Assembly: GCA_964057225.1 (NCBI GenBank)
Contig: OZ059894.1
Coordinates: 12,338,001-12,402,000 of the forward strand
From: Auanema rhodensis
Taxonomy: Eukaryota > Animalia > Nematoda
DNA length: 64,000 nt
Reading direction: 5' to 3'
Shown: one piece after another, positions 1 to 12,860 of the stretch
Numbering within the stretch: position 1 is the stretch's first letter
How the letters are laid out: each line of letters opens with the position of its first letter
Notes under the pieces: model-generated
The model's database searches: none
What the model saw: the letters and a program-made list of their open reading frames with translations, nothing else
What the model was told of the DNA's origin: nothing
Translations under genes and position numbers: made by a program

Positions 1-1
1 T

Positions 2-661
2 AATGTTTTACTTCAGAATTTAGAGGGGGCTCGCATCGATGCCGTTTTATGGACAGACGAGAAGATTTTTACTGTGGAGCCCAAGCCCAATCGACAGAAC
101 AGCCGTCAATTGCTCCACACTGGAGAAAAGTACTCTGCTAAAAGGAGGATAGCAGAAAGAAGCCATTACCCACAGAGCATAATGGTGTGGGGAGGAATAA
201 CATCGACAGGGAAAACACCACTCGTCTTTGTCGAAAAAGGATGCAAGATCAACGCAAAATACTATCAGGAGAAGATTCTACAAGAAGTGGTTTTACCGTG
301 GACCCAAGAGCAACATTCAGACAGTAGCATCACCCTTCAGCAAGATTGGGCACCAGCCCATGGTGCAAAAAGCACAATTGAGCTCTGTTCGAGGATTTTA
401 CCAGGATTCTGGGGCAAAGATATCTGGCCCAGCAATTCGCCAGATCTGAACCCTATGGATTTTTCAGTATGGAGTGTGTTGGAACACAAATTATCAGCTA
501 AGTCCTCCCAAAATTTGGAAACTCTCAAACGTGATTTGAAGAAAGCATGGGACTCTCTAGACGAGGAATACCTGCGAGCCACGGTACACTCAGTGCGAAC
601 AAGACTCGAAGCCTGTAAGAAAGCAAAAGGAGGACATTTTGAGCAATTTCTTGATAAATAG
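2..661 (+). CDS. DD37D transposase, C-terminal catalytic domain (5'-partial)
   Basis: The frame is open from base 2 (NVLLQNLEGARIDAVLWTDEKIFTVEP...) to TAG at 659-661, so the track's start at 74 is an internal GTG. Motifs: WTDEK (D at 56-58), MVWGGI, QQDWAPAH (D at 344-346), WPSNSPDLNPMD (final D at 458-460), C-terminal KGGHFE. There are 37 residues between the second and third Asp. Confidence 0.95.
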   Translation, partial: NVLLQNLEGARIDAVLWTDEKIFTVEPKPNRQNSRQLLHTGEKYSAKRRIAERSHYPQSIMVWGGITSTGKTPLVFVEKGCKINAKYYQEKILQEVVLPWTQEQHSDSSITLQQDWAPAHGAKSTIELCSRILPGFWGKDIWPSNSPDLNPMDFSVWSVLEHKLSAKSSQNLETLKRDLKKAWDSLDEEYLRATVHSVRTRLEACKKAKGGHFEQFLDK

Positions 662-742
662 TTGAACAAATGAACAATGTACATTACTAGTAAATTATTT
701 AGGATTTGGTTATTTTTTGTTTCATTTATGACTTTTTGAATG

Positions 743-768
743 TGTCTCAATACTTATGGGCCACCCTG
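743..768 (-). repeat. Right terminal inverted repeat of the transposon (inner boundary approximate)
   Basis: The minus strand reads CAGGGTGGCCCATAAGTATTGAGACA, a CAG-initiated end typical of Tc1/mariner elements and directly adjacent to TA. The partner TIR is outside the window, so the length is not verified. Confidence 0.75.
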
Positions 769-770
769 TA
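769..770. other. TA target-site duplication (right copy)
   Basis: CCCTG|TA|TATGAATGAAC. Tc1/mariner elements duplicate TA, and this TA corresponds to the second TA of the satellite's GTTTG-TATATA-TGAATG tract. Confidence 0.8.
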
Positions 771-2575
771 TATGAATGAACTTAATTATTATTTCACCAA
801 TATGCCAATACAACAACTTTTTTTAATGTGAGACAAATTGCAGCATAATTTGATGAGAACTTTAGAACAGTTACAGTGACTCACACTTGAAAACACATGT
901 CAAACCGTTTTTTTTATTTCACAGTACAACAAAAACTGAGCAACATATGAACATTGTGGTTGAACGTGATGAGTCATCATTTACCGAAACGTTCGTATAT
1001 ATTATATGAATCAACTATTATTTAACCAATAAGCCAATGCAACTATCTTTTCTCATGTGAGACAAATTGAAGCCTAATTTGATGAGAACTTTAGAACAGT
1101 TGCAGTGACTTACACATGAAAACACATGCCAAACAGTTTTTTCTATCTCACAGTATAACAAGTAACTGAACAACATATGCTCGTCGAGGTTAAACAAGAT
1201 CGATTATCATTCAATAAAATGTTTGTATATATGAATGAACTTAACTATTATTTCACCAATAAGCCAATACAACAACTTTTTTTAATGTGAGACAAATTGC
1301 AGCATAATTTGATGAGAACTTTAGAATAGTTGCAGTGACTCACACTTGAAAACACATGCCAAACCGTTTTTTTATCTCACAGTACAACAAAAAACTGAAC
1401 AACATATGCTCGTCGAGGTTAAACAAGATTGATCATCAATTAACGAAACGTTTGTATGAATGAATGAACTTAACTATTACTTCACCAATAAGCCAATGCA
1501 ACTATCTTTTCTCATGTGAGACAAATTGAAGCCTAATTTGATGAGAACTTTAGAACAGTTGCAGTGACTTACACATGAAAACACATGCCAAACAGTTTTT
1601 TCTATCTCACAGTATAACAAGAAACTGAACAACATAATCACGTCGAGGTTAAACAAGATTGATCATCATTCAACGAAACGTTTGTATATATGAATGAACT
1701 TAACTATTATTTCACCAATAAGCCAATGCAACTATCTTTTCTCATGTGAGACAAATTGAAGCCTAATTTGATGAGAACTTTAGAACAGTTGCAGTGACTT
1801 ACACATGAAAACACATGCCAAACAGTTTTTTCTATCTCACAGTATAACAAGTAACTGAACAACATATGCTCGTCGAGGTTAAACAAGATCGATTATCATT
1901 CAATGAAACGTTTGTATATATGAATGAACTTAACTATTATTTCACCAATAAGCCAATACAACAACTTTTTTTAATCTGAGACAAATTGAAGCCTAAGTTG
2001 ATGAGAACGTTGGAACAGTTGCAGTGACTCACACATGAAAACACATGCCAAACCGTTTTTCCTATCTCACAGTATAACAAGTAACTGAACAACATAAGCA
2101 CGGCGAGGTTAAACGAGATTGATCATCATTAAACGAAACGTTTGTATATATGAATGAACTTAACTATTATTTCACCAATATGCCAATACAACAACTTTTT
2201 TTAATGTGAGACAAATTGCAGCATAATTTGATGAGAACTTTAGAACAGTTACAGTGACTCACACTTGAAAACACATGTCAAACCGTTTTTTTTATTTCAC
2301 AGTACAACAAAAACTGAGCAACATATGAACATTGTGGTTGAACGTGATGAGTCATCATTTACCGAAACGTTCGTATATATTATATGAATCAACTATTATT
2401 TAACCAATAAGCCAATGCAACTATCTTTTCTCATGTGAGACAAATTGAAGCCTAATTTGATAAGAACTTTAGAACAGTTGCAGTGACTTACACATGAAAA
2501 CACATGCCAAACAGTTTTTTCTATCTCACAGTATAACAAGTAACTGAACAACATATGCTCGTCGAGGTTAAACAA
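769..2575 (+). repeat. Local duplication with 6-monomer offset (1378 bp)
   Basis: Rare variants GTTACAGTG (~870, ~2248), TTTATTTCACAG and ATTTAACCAAT are shared between ~769-1195 and ~2147-2575. Confidence 0.75.
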
Positions 2576-3399
2576 GATTGATCATCATTTAACGAAACGT
2601 TTAAATATATGAATGAACTCAACAATTATTTTACCAATATGCCAATGCAACAACATTTTCTAATGTGAGACAAATTGAAGCCTAATTTGATGAGAACTTT
2701 AGAACAGTTGCAGTGACTTACACATGAAAACACATGCCAAACAGTTTTTTCTATCTCACAGTATAACAAGTAACTGAACAACATAATCACGTCGAGGTTA
2801 AACAAGATTGATCATCATTCAACGAAACGTTTGTATATATGAATGAACTTAACTGTTATCTCACCAATATGCCAATAGAACAACTTTTTTTAATGTGAGA
2901 CAGATTGCAGCATAATTTGATGAGAACTTTAGAACAGTTGCAGTGACTCACACTTGAAAACACATGCCAAACCGTTTTTTTATCTCACAGTACAACAAAA
3001 AACTGAACAACATATGAACATTGTGGTTGAACATGATAAGTCATCAATTAACGAAACGTTCGTATGAATGAATGAACTTAACTATTATTTCACCAATAAG
3101 CCAATGCAACTATCTTTTCTCATGTGAGACAAATTGAAGCCTAATTTGATGAGTACTTTAGAACAGTTGCAGTGACTCACACATGAAAACACATGCCAAA
3201 CAGTTTTTTCTATCTTACAGTATAACAAGTAACTGAACAACATATGCTCGTCGAGGTTAAACAAGATTGATTAACATTCAACGAAACGTTTGTATATATG
3301 AATGAACTTAACTATTATTTCACCAATAAGCCAATACAACAACTTTTTTTAATGTGAGACAAATTGAAGCCTAAGTTGATGAGAACGTTGGAACAGTTG

Positions 3400-4730
3400 C
3401 AGTGACTCACACTTGAAAACACATGCCAAAGCGTTTTTTTATCTCACAGTACAACAAAAAACTGAACAACATGTGAACATTGTGGTTGAACATGATAAGT
3501 CATCAATTAACGAAACGTTCGTATATATGAATGAACTTAACTATTATTTCACCAATAAGCCAATGCAACTATCTTTTCTCATGTGAGACAAATTGAAGCC
3601 TAATTTGATGAAAACTTTTGAACAGTTGCAGTGACTTACACATGAAAACCCATGCCAAACAATTTTTTCTATCTCACAGTATAACAAGTAACTGAACAAC
3701 ATATGCTCGTCGAGGTTAAACAAGATTGATTATCATTCAACGAAACGTTTGTATATATGAATGAACTCAACTATTATTTCACCAATAAGCCAATGCAACT
3801 ATCTTTTCTCATGTGAGACAAATTGAAGCCTAATTTGATGAGAACTGTAGAACAGTTGCAGTGACTTACACATGAAAACACATGCCAAACAGTTTTTTCT
3901 ATCTCACAGTATAACAAGTAACTGAACAACATAATCACGTCGAGGTTAAACAAGATTGATCATCATTCAACGAAACGTTTGTATATATGAATGAACTTAA
4001 CTATTATCTCACCAATATGCCAATAGAACAACTTTTTTTAATGTGAGACAGATTGCAGCATAATTTGATGAGAACTTTAGAACAGTTGCAGTGACTCACA
4101 CTTGAAAACACATGCCAAAGCGTTTTTTTATCTCACAGTACAACAAAAAACTGAACAACATATGAACATTGTGGTTGAACATGATAAGTCATCAATTAAC
4201 GAAACGTTCGTATATATGAATGAACTTAACTATTATTTCACCAATAAGCCAATGCAACTATCTTTTCTCATGTGAGACAAATTGAAGCCTAATTTGATGA
4301 AAACTTTTGAACAGTTGCAGTGACTTACACATGAAAACCCATGCCAAACAATTTTTTCTATCTCACAGTATAACAAGTAACTGAACAACATATGCTCGTC
4401 GAGGTTAAACAAGATTGATTATCATTCAACGAAACGTTTGTATATATGAATGAACTCAACTATTATTTCACCAATAAGCCAATGCAACTATCTTTTCTCA
4501 TGTGAGACAAATTGAAGCCTAATTTGATGAGAACTTTAGAACAGTTGCAGTGACTTACACATGAAAACACATGCCAAACAGTTTTTTCTATCTCACAGTA
4601 TAACAAGTAACTGAACAACATAATCACGTCGAGGTTAAACAAGATTGATCATCATTCAACGAAACGTTTGTATATATGAATGAACTTAACTATTATCTCA
4701 CCAATATGCCAATAGAACAACTTTTTTCAA
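3400..4730 (+). repeat. Tandem 3-monomer duplication (~689 bp)
   Basis: Rare variants GCCAAAGCGTTT (G at 3431 and 4120) and CAAACAATTTTTT (~3661, ~4350) each recur 689 bp apart. Confidence 0.75.
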
Positions 4731-7700
4731 TGTGAGACAGATTGCAGCATAATTTGATGAAAACTTTTGAACAGTTGCAGTGACTTACACATGAAAACCC
4801 ATGCCAAACAGTTTTTTCTATCTCACAGTATAACAAGTAACTGAACAACATATGAACATTGTGGTTGAACATGATAAGACATCAATTAACGAAACAATCG
4901 TATATATGAATGAACTTAACTATTATTTCACCAATAAGCCAATGCAACTATCTTTTCTCATGTGAGACAAATTGAAGCCTAATTTGATGAGAACTCTTGA
5001 ACAGTTGCAGTGACTTACACATGAAAACCCATGCCAAACAGTTTTTTCTATCTCACAGTATAACAAGTAACTGAACAACATATGCTCGTCGAGGTTAAAC
5101 AAGATTGATTATCATTCAACGAAACGTTTGTATATATGAATGAACTCAACTATTATTTCACCAATAAGCCAATGCAACTATCTTTTCTCATGTGAGACAA
5201 ATTGAAGCCTAATTTGATGAGAACTTTAGAACAGTTGCAGTGACTTACACATGAAAACACATGCCAAACAGTTTTTTCTATCTCACAATATAACAAGTAA
5301 CTGTACAACATAATCACGTCGAGGTTAAACAAGATTGATCATCATTCAACGAAACGTTTGTATATATGAATGAACTTAACTATTATCTCACCAATATGCC
5401 AATAGAACAACTTTTTTTAATGTGAGACAGATTGCAGCATAATTTGATGAGAACTTTAGAACAGTTGCAGTGACTCACACTTGAAAACACATGCCAAACC
5501 GTTTTTTTATCTCACAGTACAACAAAAAACTGAACAACATATGAACATTGTGGTTGAACATGATAAGTCATCAATTAACGAAACTTTCGTATATATGAAT
5601 GAACTTAACTATTATTTCACCAATAAGCCAATGCAACTATCTTTTCTCATGTGAGACAAATTGAAGCCTAATTTGATGAGAACTTTTGAACAGTTGCAGT
5701 GACTTACACATGAAAACACATGCCAAACAGTTTTTTCTATCTCACAGTATAACAAGTAACTGAACAACATATGCTCGTCGAGGTTGAACAAGATCGATTA
5801 TCATTCAATAAAATGTTTGTATATATGAATGAACTCAACTATTATTTCACCAATAAGCCAATGCAACTATCTTTTCTCATGTGAGACAAATTGAAGCCTA
5901 ATTTGATGAGAACTTCAGAACAGTTGTAGTGACTTACACATGAAAACACATGCCAAACAGTTTTTTCTATCTCACAGTATAACAAGTAACAGAACAACAT
6001 AATCACGTCGAGGTTAAACAAGATTGATCATCATTCAACGAAACGTTTGTATATATGAATGAACTTAACTATTATCTCACCAATATGCCAATAGAACAAC
6101 TTTTTTTAATGTGAGACAGATTGCAGCATAATTTGATGAGAACTTTAGAACAGTTGCAGTGACTCACACTTGAAAACACATGCCAAACCGTTTTTTTATC
6201 TCACAGTACAACAAAAAACTGAACAACATATGAACATTGTGGTTGAACATGATAAGTCATCAATTAACGAAACGTTTGTATGAATGAATGAACTTAACTA
6301 TTATTTCACCAATAAGCCAATGCAACTATCTTTTCTCATGTGAGACAAATTGAAGCCTAGTTTGATGAGAACTTTAGAACAGTTGCAGTGACTTACACAT
6401 GAAAACACATGCCAAACAGTTTTTTCTATCTCACAGTATAACAAGTAACTGAACAACATAATCACGTCGAGGTTAAACAAAATTGATCATCATTCAACGA
6501 AACGTTTGTATATATGAATGAACTTAACTATTATCTCACCAATATGCCAATAGAACAACTTTTTTTAATTTGAGACAGATTGCAGCATAATTTGATGAGA
6601 ACTTTAGAACAGTTGCAGTGACTCACACTTGAAAACACATGCCAAACCGTTTTTTTATCTCACAGTACAACAAAAAACTGAACAACATATGAACATTGTG
6701 GTTGAACATGATAAGTCATCAATTAACGAAACGTTTGTATGAATGAATGAACTTAACTATTATTTCACCAATAAGCCAATGCAACTATCTTTTCTCATGT
6801 GAGACAAATTGAAGCCTAATTTGATGAGAACTTTAGAACAGTTGCAGTGACTTACACATGAAAACACATGCCAAACAGTTTTTTCTATCTCACAGTATAA
6901 CAAGTAACTGAACAACATATGCTCGTCGAGGTTAAACAAGATCGATTATCACTCAATGAAACGTTTGTATATATGAATGAACTTAACTATTATTTCACCA
7001 ATAAGCCAATACAACAACTTTTTTTAATGTGAGACAAATTGAAGCCTAAGTTGATGAGAACGTTGGAACAGTTGCAGTGACTCACACATGAAAACACATG
7101 CCAAACCGTTTTTCCTATCTCACAGTATAACAAGTAACTGAACAACATAAGCACGGCGAGGTTAAACGAGATTGATCATCATTAAACGAAACGTTGGTAT
7201 ATATGAATGAACTTAACTATTATTTCACCAATATGCCAATACAACAACTTTTTTTAATGTGAGACAAATTGCAGCATAATTTGATGAGAACTTTAGAACA
7301 GTTGCAGTGACTCACACTTGAAAACACATGTCAAACCGTTTTTTTTATCTCACAGTACAACAAAAACTGAGCAACATATGAACATTGTGGTTGAACGTGA
7401 TGAGTCATCATTTACCGAAACGTTTGTATATATGAATGAACTTAACTATTATCTCACCAATATGCCAATAGAACAACTTTTTTTAATGTGAGACAGATTG
7501 CAGCATAATTTGATGAGAACTTTAGAACAGTTGCAGTGACTCACACTTGAAAACACATGCCAAACCGTTTTTTTATCTCACAGTACAACAAAAAACTGAA
7601 CAACATATGAACATTGTGGTTGAACATGATAAGTCATCAATTAACGAAACGTTTGTATGAATGAATGAACTTAACTATTATTTCACCAATAAGCCAATGC

Positions 7701-9119
7701 AACTATCTTTTCTCATGTGAGACAAATTGAAGCCTAATTTCATGAGAACTTTAGAACAGTTGCAGTGACTTACACATGAAAACACATGCCAAACAGTTTT
7801 TTCTATCTCACAGTATAACAAGTAACTGAACAACATATGCTCGTCGAGGTTAAACAAGATCGATTATCATTCAATGAAACGTTTGTATATATGAATGAAC
7901 TTAACTATTATTTCACCAATAAGCCAATACAACAACTTTTTTTAATGTGAGACAAATTGAAGCCTAAGTTGATGAGAACGTTGGAACAGTTGCAGTGGCT
8001 CACACATGAAAACACATGCCAACCCGTTTTTCCTATCTCACAGTATAACAAGTAACTGAACAACATAAGCACGGCGAGGTTAAACGAGATTGATCGTCAT
8101 TAAACGAAACGTTTGTATATATGAATGAACTTAACTATTATTTCACCAATATGCCAATACAACAACTTTTTTTAATGTGAGACAAATTGCAGCATAATTT
8201 GATGAGAACTTTAGAACAGTTGCAGTGACTCACACTTGAAAACACAGGTCAAACCGTTTTTTTTATCTCACAGTACAACAAGTAACTGAACAACATAAGC
8301 ACGTCAAGGTTAAACAAAATTGATCATAGTTTAACGAAACGTTTAAATATATGAATAAACTTAACTATTATTTCACCAATATGCCAATAGAACAATTTGT
8401 TTTAATGTGAGACAGATTGCAGCATACTTTGATGAGAACTTTAGAACAGTTGCAGTGACTCACACATGGAAACACATGCCAAACCGTTTTTTCTATCTCA
8501 CAGTACAACAAAAACTGAGCAACATATGAACATTGTGGTTGAATTTGATGAGTCATCAATTAACGAAACGTTCGTATATATGAATAAACTTAACTATTAT
8601 TTCACCAATATGCCAATACAACAACATTTCTTTTAATGTAAGACAAATTGAAGCCTAATTTGATGAAAACTTTGAAACAGTTGCAGTGACTCACACATGA
8701 AAACACATGCCAAACCGTTTTTTCTATCTCATAGTATAACAAGTAACTGAACAACATAAGCACGTCAAGGTTAAACAAAATTGATCATAGTTTAACGAAA
8801 CGTTTAAATATATGAATGAACTTAACTATTATCTCACCAATATGCCAATAGAACAATTTGTTTTAATGTGAGACAGATTGCAGCATACTTTGATGAGAAC
8901 TTTAGAACAGTTGCAGTGACTCACACATGGGAACACATGCCAAACCGTTTTTTCTATCTCACAGTATAACAAGTAACTGAACAACATAAGCTCGTCGAGG
9001 TTAAACAAGATTGATCATTTTTTAACGAAACGTTTAAATATATGAATGAACTTAACAATTATTTTACCAATATGCCAATGCAACAACTTTTTTTAATGTG
9101 AGACAAATTGCAGCCAAAT

Positions 9120-12100
9120 TTGATGAGAACTTTAGAACAGTTGCAGTGACTCACACTTGAAAACACATGCCAAACCGTTTTTTTTTCTCACAGTACAACA
9201 AAAAACTGAGCAACATATGAACATTGTGGTTGAACATGATGAGTCATCATTTACCGAAACGTTCGTATATATTATATGAATCAACTTAACAAATATTTCA
9301 CCAATATGCCAATACAACAACATTTTTTTTAATGTGAGACAAATTGAAGCCTAATTTGATGAAAACTTTGAAACAGTTGCAGTGACTCACACATGAAAAC
9401 ACATGCCAAACCGTTTTTTCTATCTCATAGTATAACAAGTAACTGAACAACATATGAACATTGTGGTTGAACATGATAAGTCATCAATTAACGAAACGTT
9501 TGTATATATGAATGAACTTAACTATTATTTTACCAATAAGCCAATGCAACTATCTTTTCTCATGTGAGACAAATTGAAGCCTAATTTGATGAGAACTTTT
9601 GAACAGTTGCAGTGACTTACACATGAAAACACATGCCAAACAGTTTTTTCTATCTCACAGTATAACAAGTAACTGAACAACATAATCACGTCGAGGTTAA
9701 ACAAGATTGATCATCATTCAACGAAACGTTTGTATATATGAATGAACTTAACTATTATCTCACCAATATGCCAATAGAACAACTTTTTTTAATGTGAGAC
9801 AGATTGCAGCATGATTTGATGAGAACTTTAGAACAGTTGCAGTGACTCACACTTGAAAACACATGCCAAACCGTTTTTTTTATCTCACAGTACAACAAAA
9901 AACTGAACAACATATGAACATTGTGGTTGAACATGATAAGTCATCAATTAACGAAACGTTCGTATATATGAATAAACTTAACTATTATTTCACCAATAAG
10001 CCAATGCAACTATCTTTTCTCATGTGAGACAAATTGAAGCCTAATTTGATGAGAACTTTTGAACAGTTGCAGTGACTTACACATGAAAACCCATGCCAAA
10101 CAGTTTTTTCTATCTCACAGTATAACAAGTAACTGAACAACATATGCTCGTCGAGGTTAAACAAGATTGATTATCATTCAACGAAACGTTTGTATATATG
10201 AATGAACTCAACTATTATTTCACAAATAAGCCAATGCAACTATCTTTTCTCATGTGAGACAAATTGAAGCCTAATTTGATGAGAACTTTAGAACAGTTGC
10301 AGTGACTTACACATGAAAACACATGCCAAACAGTTTTTTCTATCTCACAGTACAACAAAAAACTGAACAACATATGAACATTGTGGTTGAACATGATAAG
10401 TCATCAATTAACGAAACGTTTGTATGAATGAATGAACTTAACTATTATTTCACCAATAAGCCAATGCAACTATCTTTTCTCATGTGAGACAAATTGAAGC
10501 CTAATTTGATGAGAACTTTAGAACAGTTGCAGTGACTTACACATGAAAACACATGCCAAACAGTTTTTTCTATCTCACAGTACAACAAAAAACTGAACAA
10601 CATATGAACATTGTGGTTGAACATGATAAGTCATCAATTAACGAAACGTTTGTATGAATGAATGAACTTAACTATTATTTCACCAATAAGCCAATGCAAC
10701 TATCTTTTCTCATGTGAGACAAATTGAAGCCTAATTTGATGAGAACTTTAGAACAGTTGCAGTGACTTACACATGAAAACACATGCCAAACCGTTTTTCC
10801 TATCTCACAGTATAACAAGTAACTGAACAACATAAGCACGGCGAGGTTAAACGAGATTGATCATCATTAAACGAAACGTTTGTATATATGAATGAACTTA
10901 ACTATTATTTCACCAATATGCCAATACAACAACTTTTTTTAATGTGAGACAAATTGCAGCATAATTTGATGAGAACTTTAGAACAGTTGCAGTGACTCAC
11001 ACTTGAAAACACATGTCAAACCGTTTTTTTTATCTCACAGTACAACAAAAACTGAGCAACATATGAACATTGTGGTTGAACGTGATGAGTCATCATTCAC
11101 CGAAACGTTCGTATATATTATATGAATCAACTATTATTTCACCAATAAGCCAATGCAACTATCTTTTCTCATGTGAGACGAATTGAAGCCTAATTTGATG
11201 AGAACTTTAGAACAGTTGCAGTGACTTACACATGAAAACACATGCCAAACAGTTTTTTCTATCTCACAGTATAACAAAAAACTGAACAACATATGAACAT
11301 TGTGGTTGAACATGATAAGTCATCAATTAACGAAACGTTTGTATGAATGAATGAACTTAACTATTATTTCACCAATATGCCAATAGAACAACTTTTTTTA
11401 ATGTGAGACAGATTGCAGCATAATTTGATGAGAACTTTAGAACAGTTGCAGTGACTCACACTTGAAAACACATGCCAAACCGTTTTTTTTTCTCACAGTA
11501 CAACAAAAAACTGAGCAACATATGAACATTGTGGTTGAACATGATGAGTCATCATTTACCGAAACGTTCGTATATATTATATGAATCAACTTAACAAATA
11601 TTTCACCAATATGCCAATACAACAACATTTTTTTTAATGTGAGACAAATTGAAGCCTAATTTGATGAAAACTTTGAAACAGTTGCAGTGACTCACACATG
11701 AAAACACATGCCAAACCGTTTTTTCTATCTCATAGTATAACAAGTAACTGAACAACATATGAACATTGTGGTTGAACATGATAAGTCATCAATTAACGAA
11801 ACGTTTGTATATATGAATGAACTTAACTATTATCTCACCAATATGCCAATAGAACAACTTTTTTTAATGTGAGACAGATTGCAGCATGATTTGATGAGAA
11901 CTTTAGAACAGTTGCAGTGACTTACACATGAAAACACATGCCAAACAGTTTTTTCTATCTCACAGTATAACAAGTAACTGAACAACATAATCACGTCGAG
12001 GTTAAACAAGATTGATCATCATTCAACGAAACGTTTGTATATATGAATGAACTTAACTATTATCTCACCAATATGCCAATAGAACAACTTTTTTTAATGT

Positions 12101-12860
12101 GAGACAGATTGCAGCATGATTTGATGAGAACTTTAGAACAGTTGCAGTGACTCACACTTGAAAACACATGCCAAACCGTTTTTTTTATCTCACAGTACAA
12201 CAAAAAACTGAACAACATATGAACATTGTGGTTGAACATGATAAGTCATCAATTAACGAAACGTTCGTATATATGAATAAACTTAACTATTATTTCACCA
12301 ATAAGCCAATGCAACTATCTTTTCTCATGTGAGACAAATTGAAGCCTAATTTGATGAGAACTTTTGAACAGTTGCAGTGACTTACACATGAAAACCCATG
12401 CCAAACAGTTTTTTCTATCTCACAGTATAACAAGTAACTGAACAACATATGCTCGTCGAGGTTAAACAAGATTGATTATCATTCAACGAAACGTTTGTAT
12501 ATATGAATGAACTCAACTATTATTTCACTAATAAGCCAATGCAACTATCTTTTCTCATGTGAGACAAATTGAAGCCTAATTTGATGAGAACTTTAGAACA
12601 GTTGCAGTGACTTACACATGAAAACACATGCCAAACAGTTTTTTCTATCTCACAGTACAACAAAAAACTGAACAACATATGAACATTGTGGTTGAACATG
12701 ATAAGTCATCAATTAACGAAACGTTTGTATGAATGAATGAACTTAACTATTATTTCACCAATAAGCCAATGCAACTATCTTTTCTCATGTGAGACAAATT
12801 GAAGCCTAATTTGATGAGAACTTTAGAACAGTTGCAGTGACTTACACATGAAAACACATG
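9120..12860 (+). repeat. Partial higher-order duplication, 10-monomer offset (2305 bp)
   Basis: Identical minus-strand ORF translations at 9132 and 11437; shared GCAGCATGATTT variant and the same monomer order with one recombinant monomer. Confidence 0.7.

Larger units (their letters stand above)
1..768 (+). mobile_element. Tc1/mariner-superfamily DNA transposon, DD37D (maT/Bmmar1-like) family; 3' portion, 5' end lies upstream of the window
   Basis: Transposase catalytic domain (2-661), a short AT-rich 3' region, then an end ...TACTTATGGGCCACCCTG (reverse complement CAGGGTGGCCCATAAGTA...) followed by TA and an abrupt switch to satellite sequence. Confidence 0.93.

Noticed and set aside
228-750. 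ORFs 228-449 (+) and 337-750 (-)
   Set aside because: These are alternative-frame and antisense shadows of the transposase with no recognisable motifs.
769-1000. Tandem RNA gene array (5S rRNA, tRNA, spliced-leader or snRNA)
   Set aside because: I could not recognise 5S, cloverleaf/A-B box, spliced-leader or Sm-site sequence in the monomer on either strand.
1040-1170. Monomer as a MITE derived from the adjacent transposon
   Set aside because: The internal inverted pair TGTGAGA/TCTCACA is only 7 bp with weak flanks, and the monomer lacks the CAGGGTGGCCC terminus and any target-site duplication.
8659-8690. Second hammerhead-like string TTGATGA-AAACTTT-GAAAC in some monomers
   Set aside because: It lacks the core C, has no suitable helix III with a UH triplet, and helix II is implausible.
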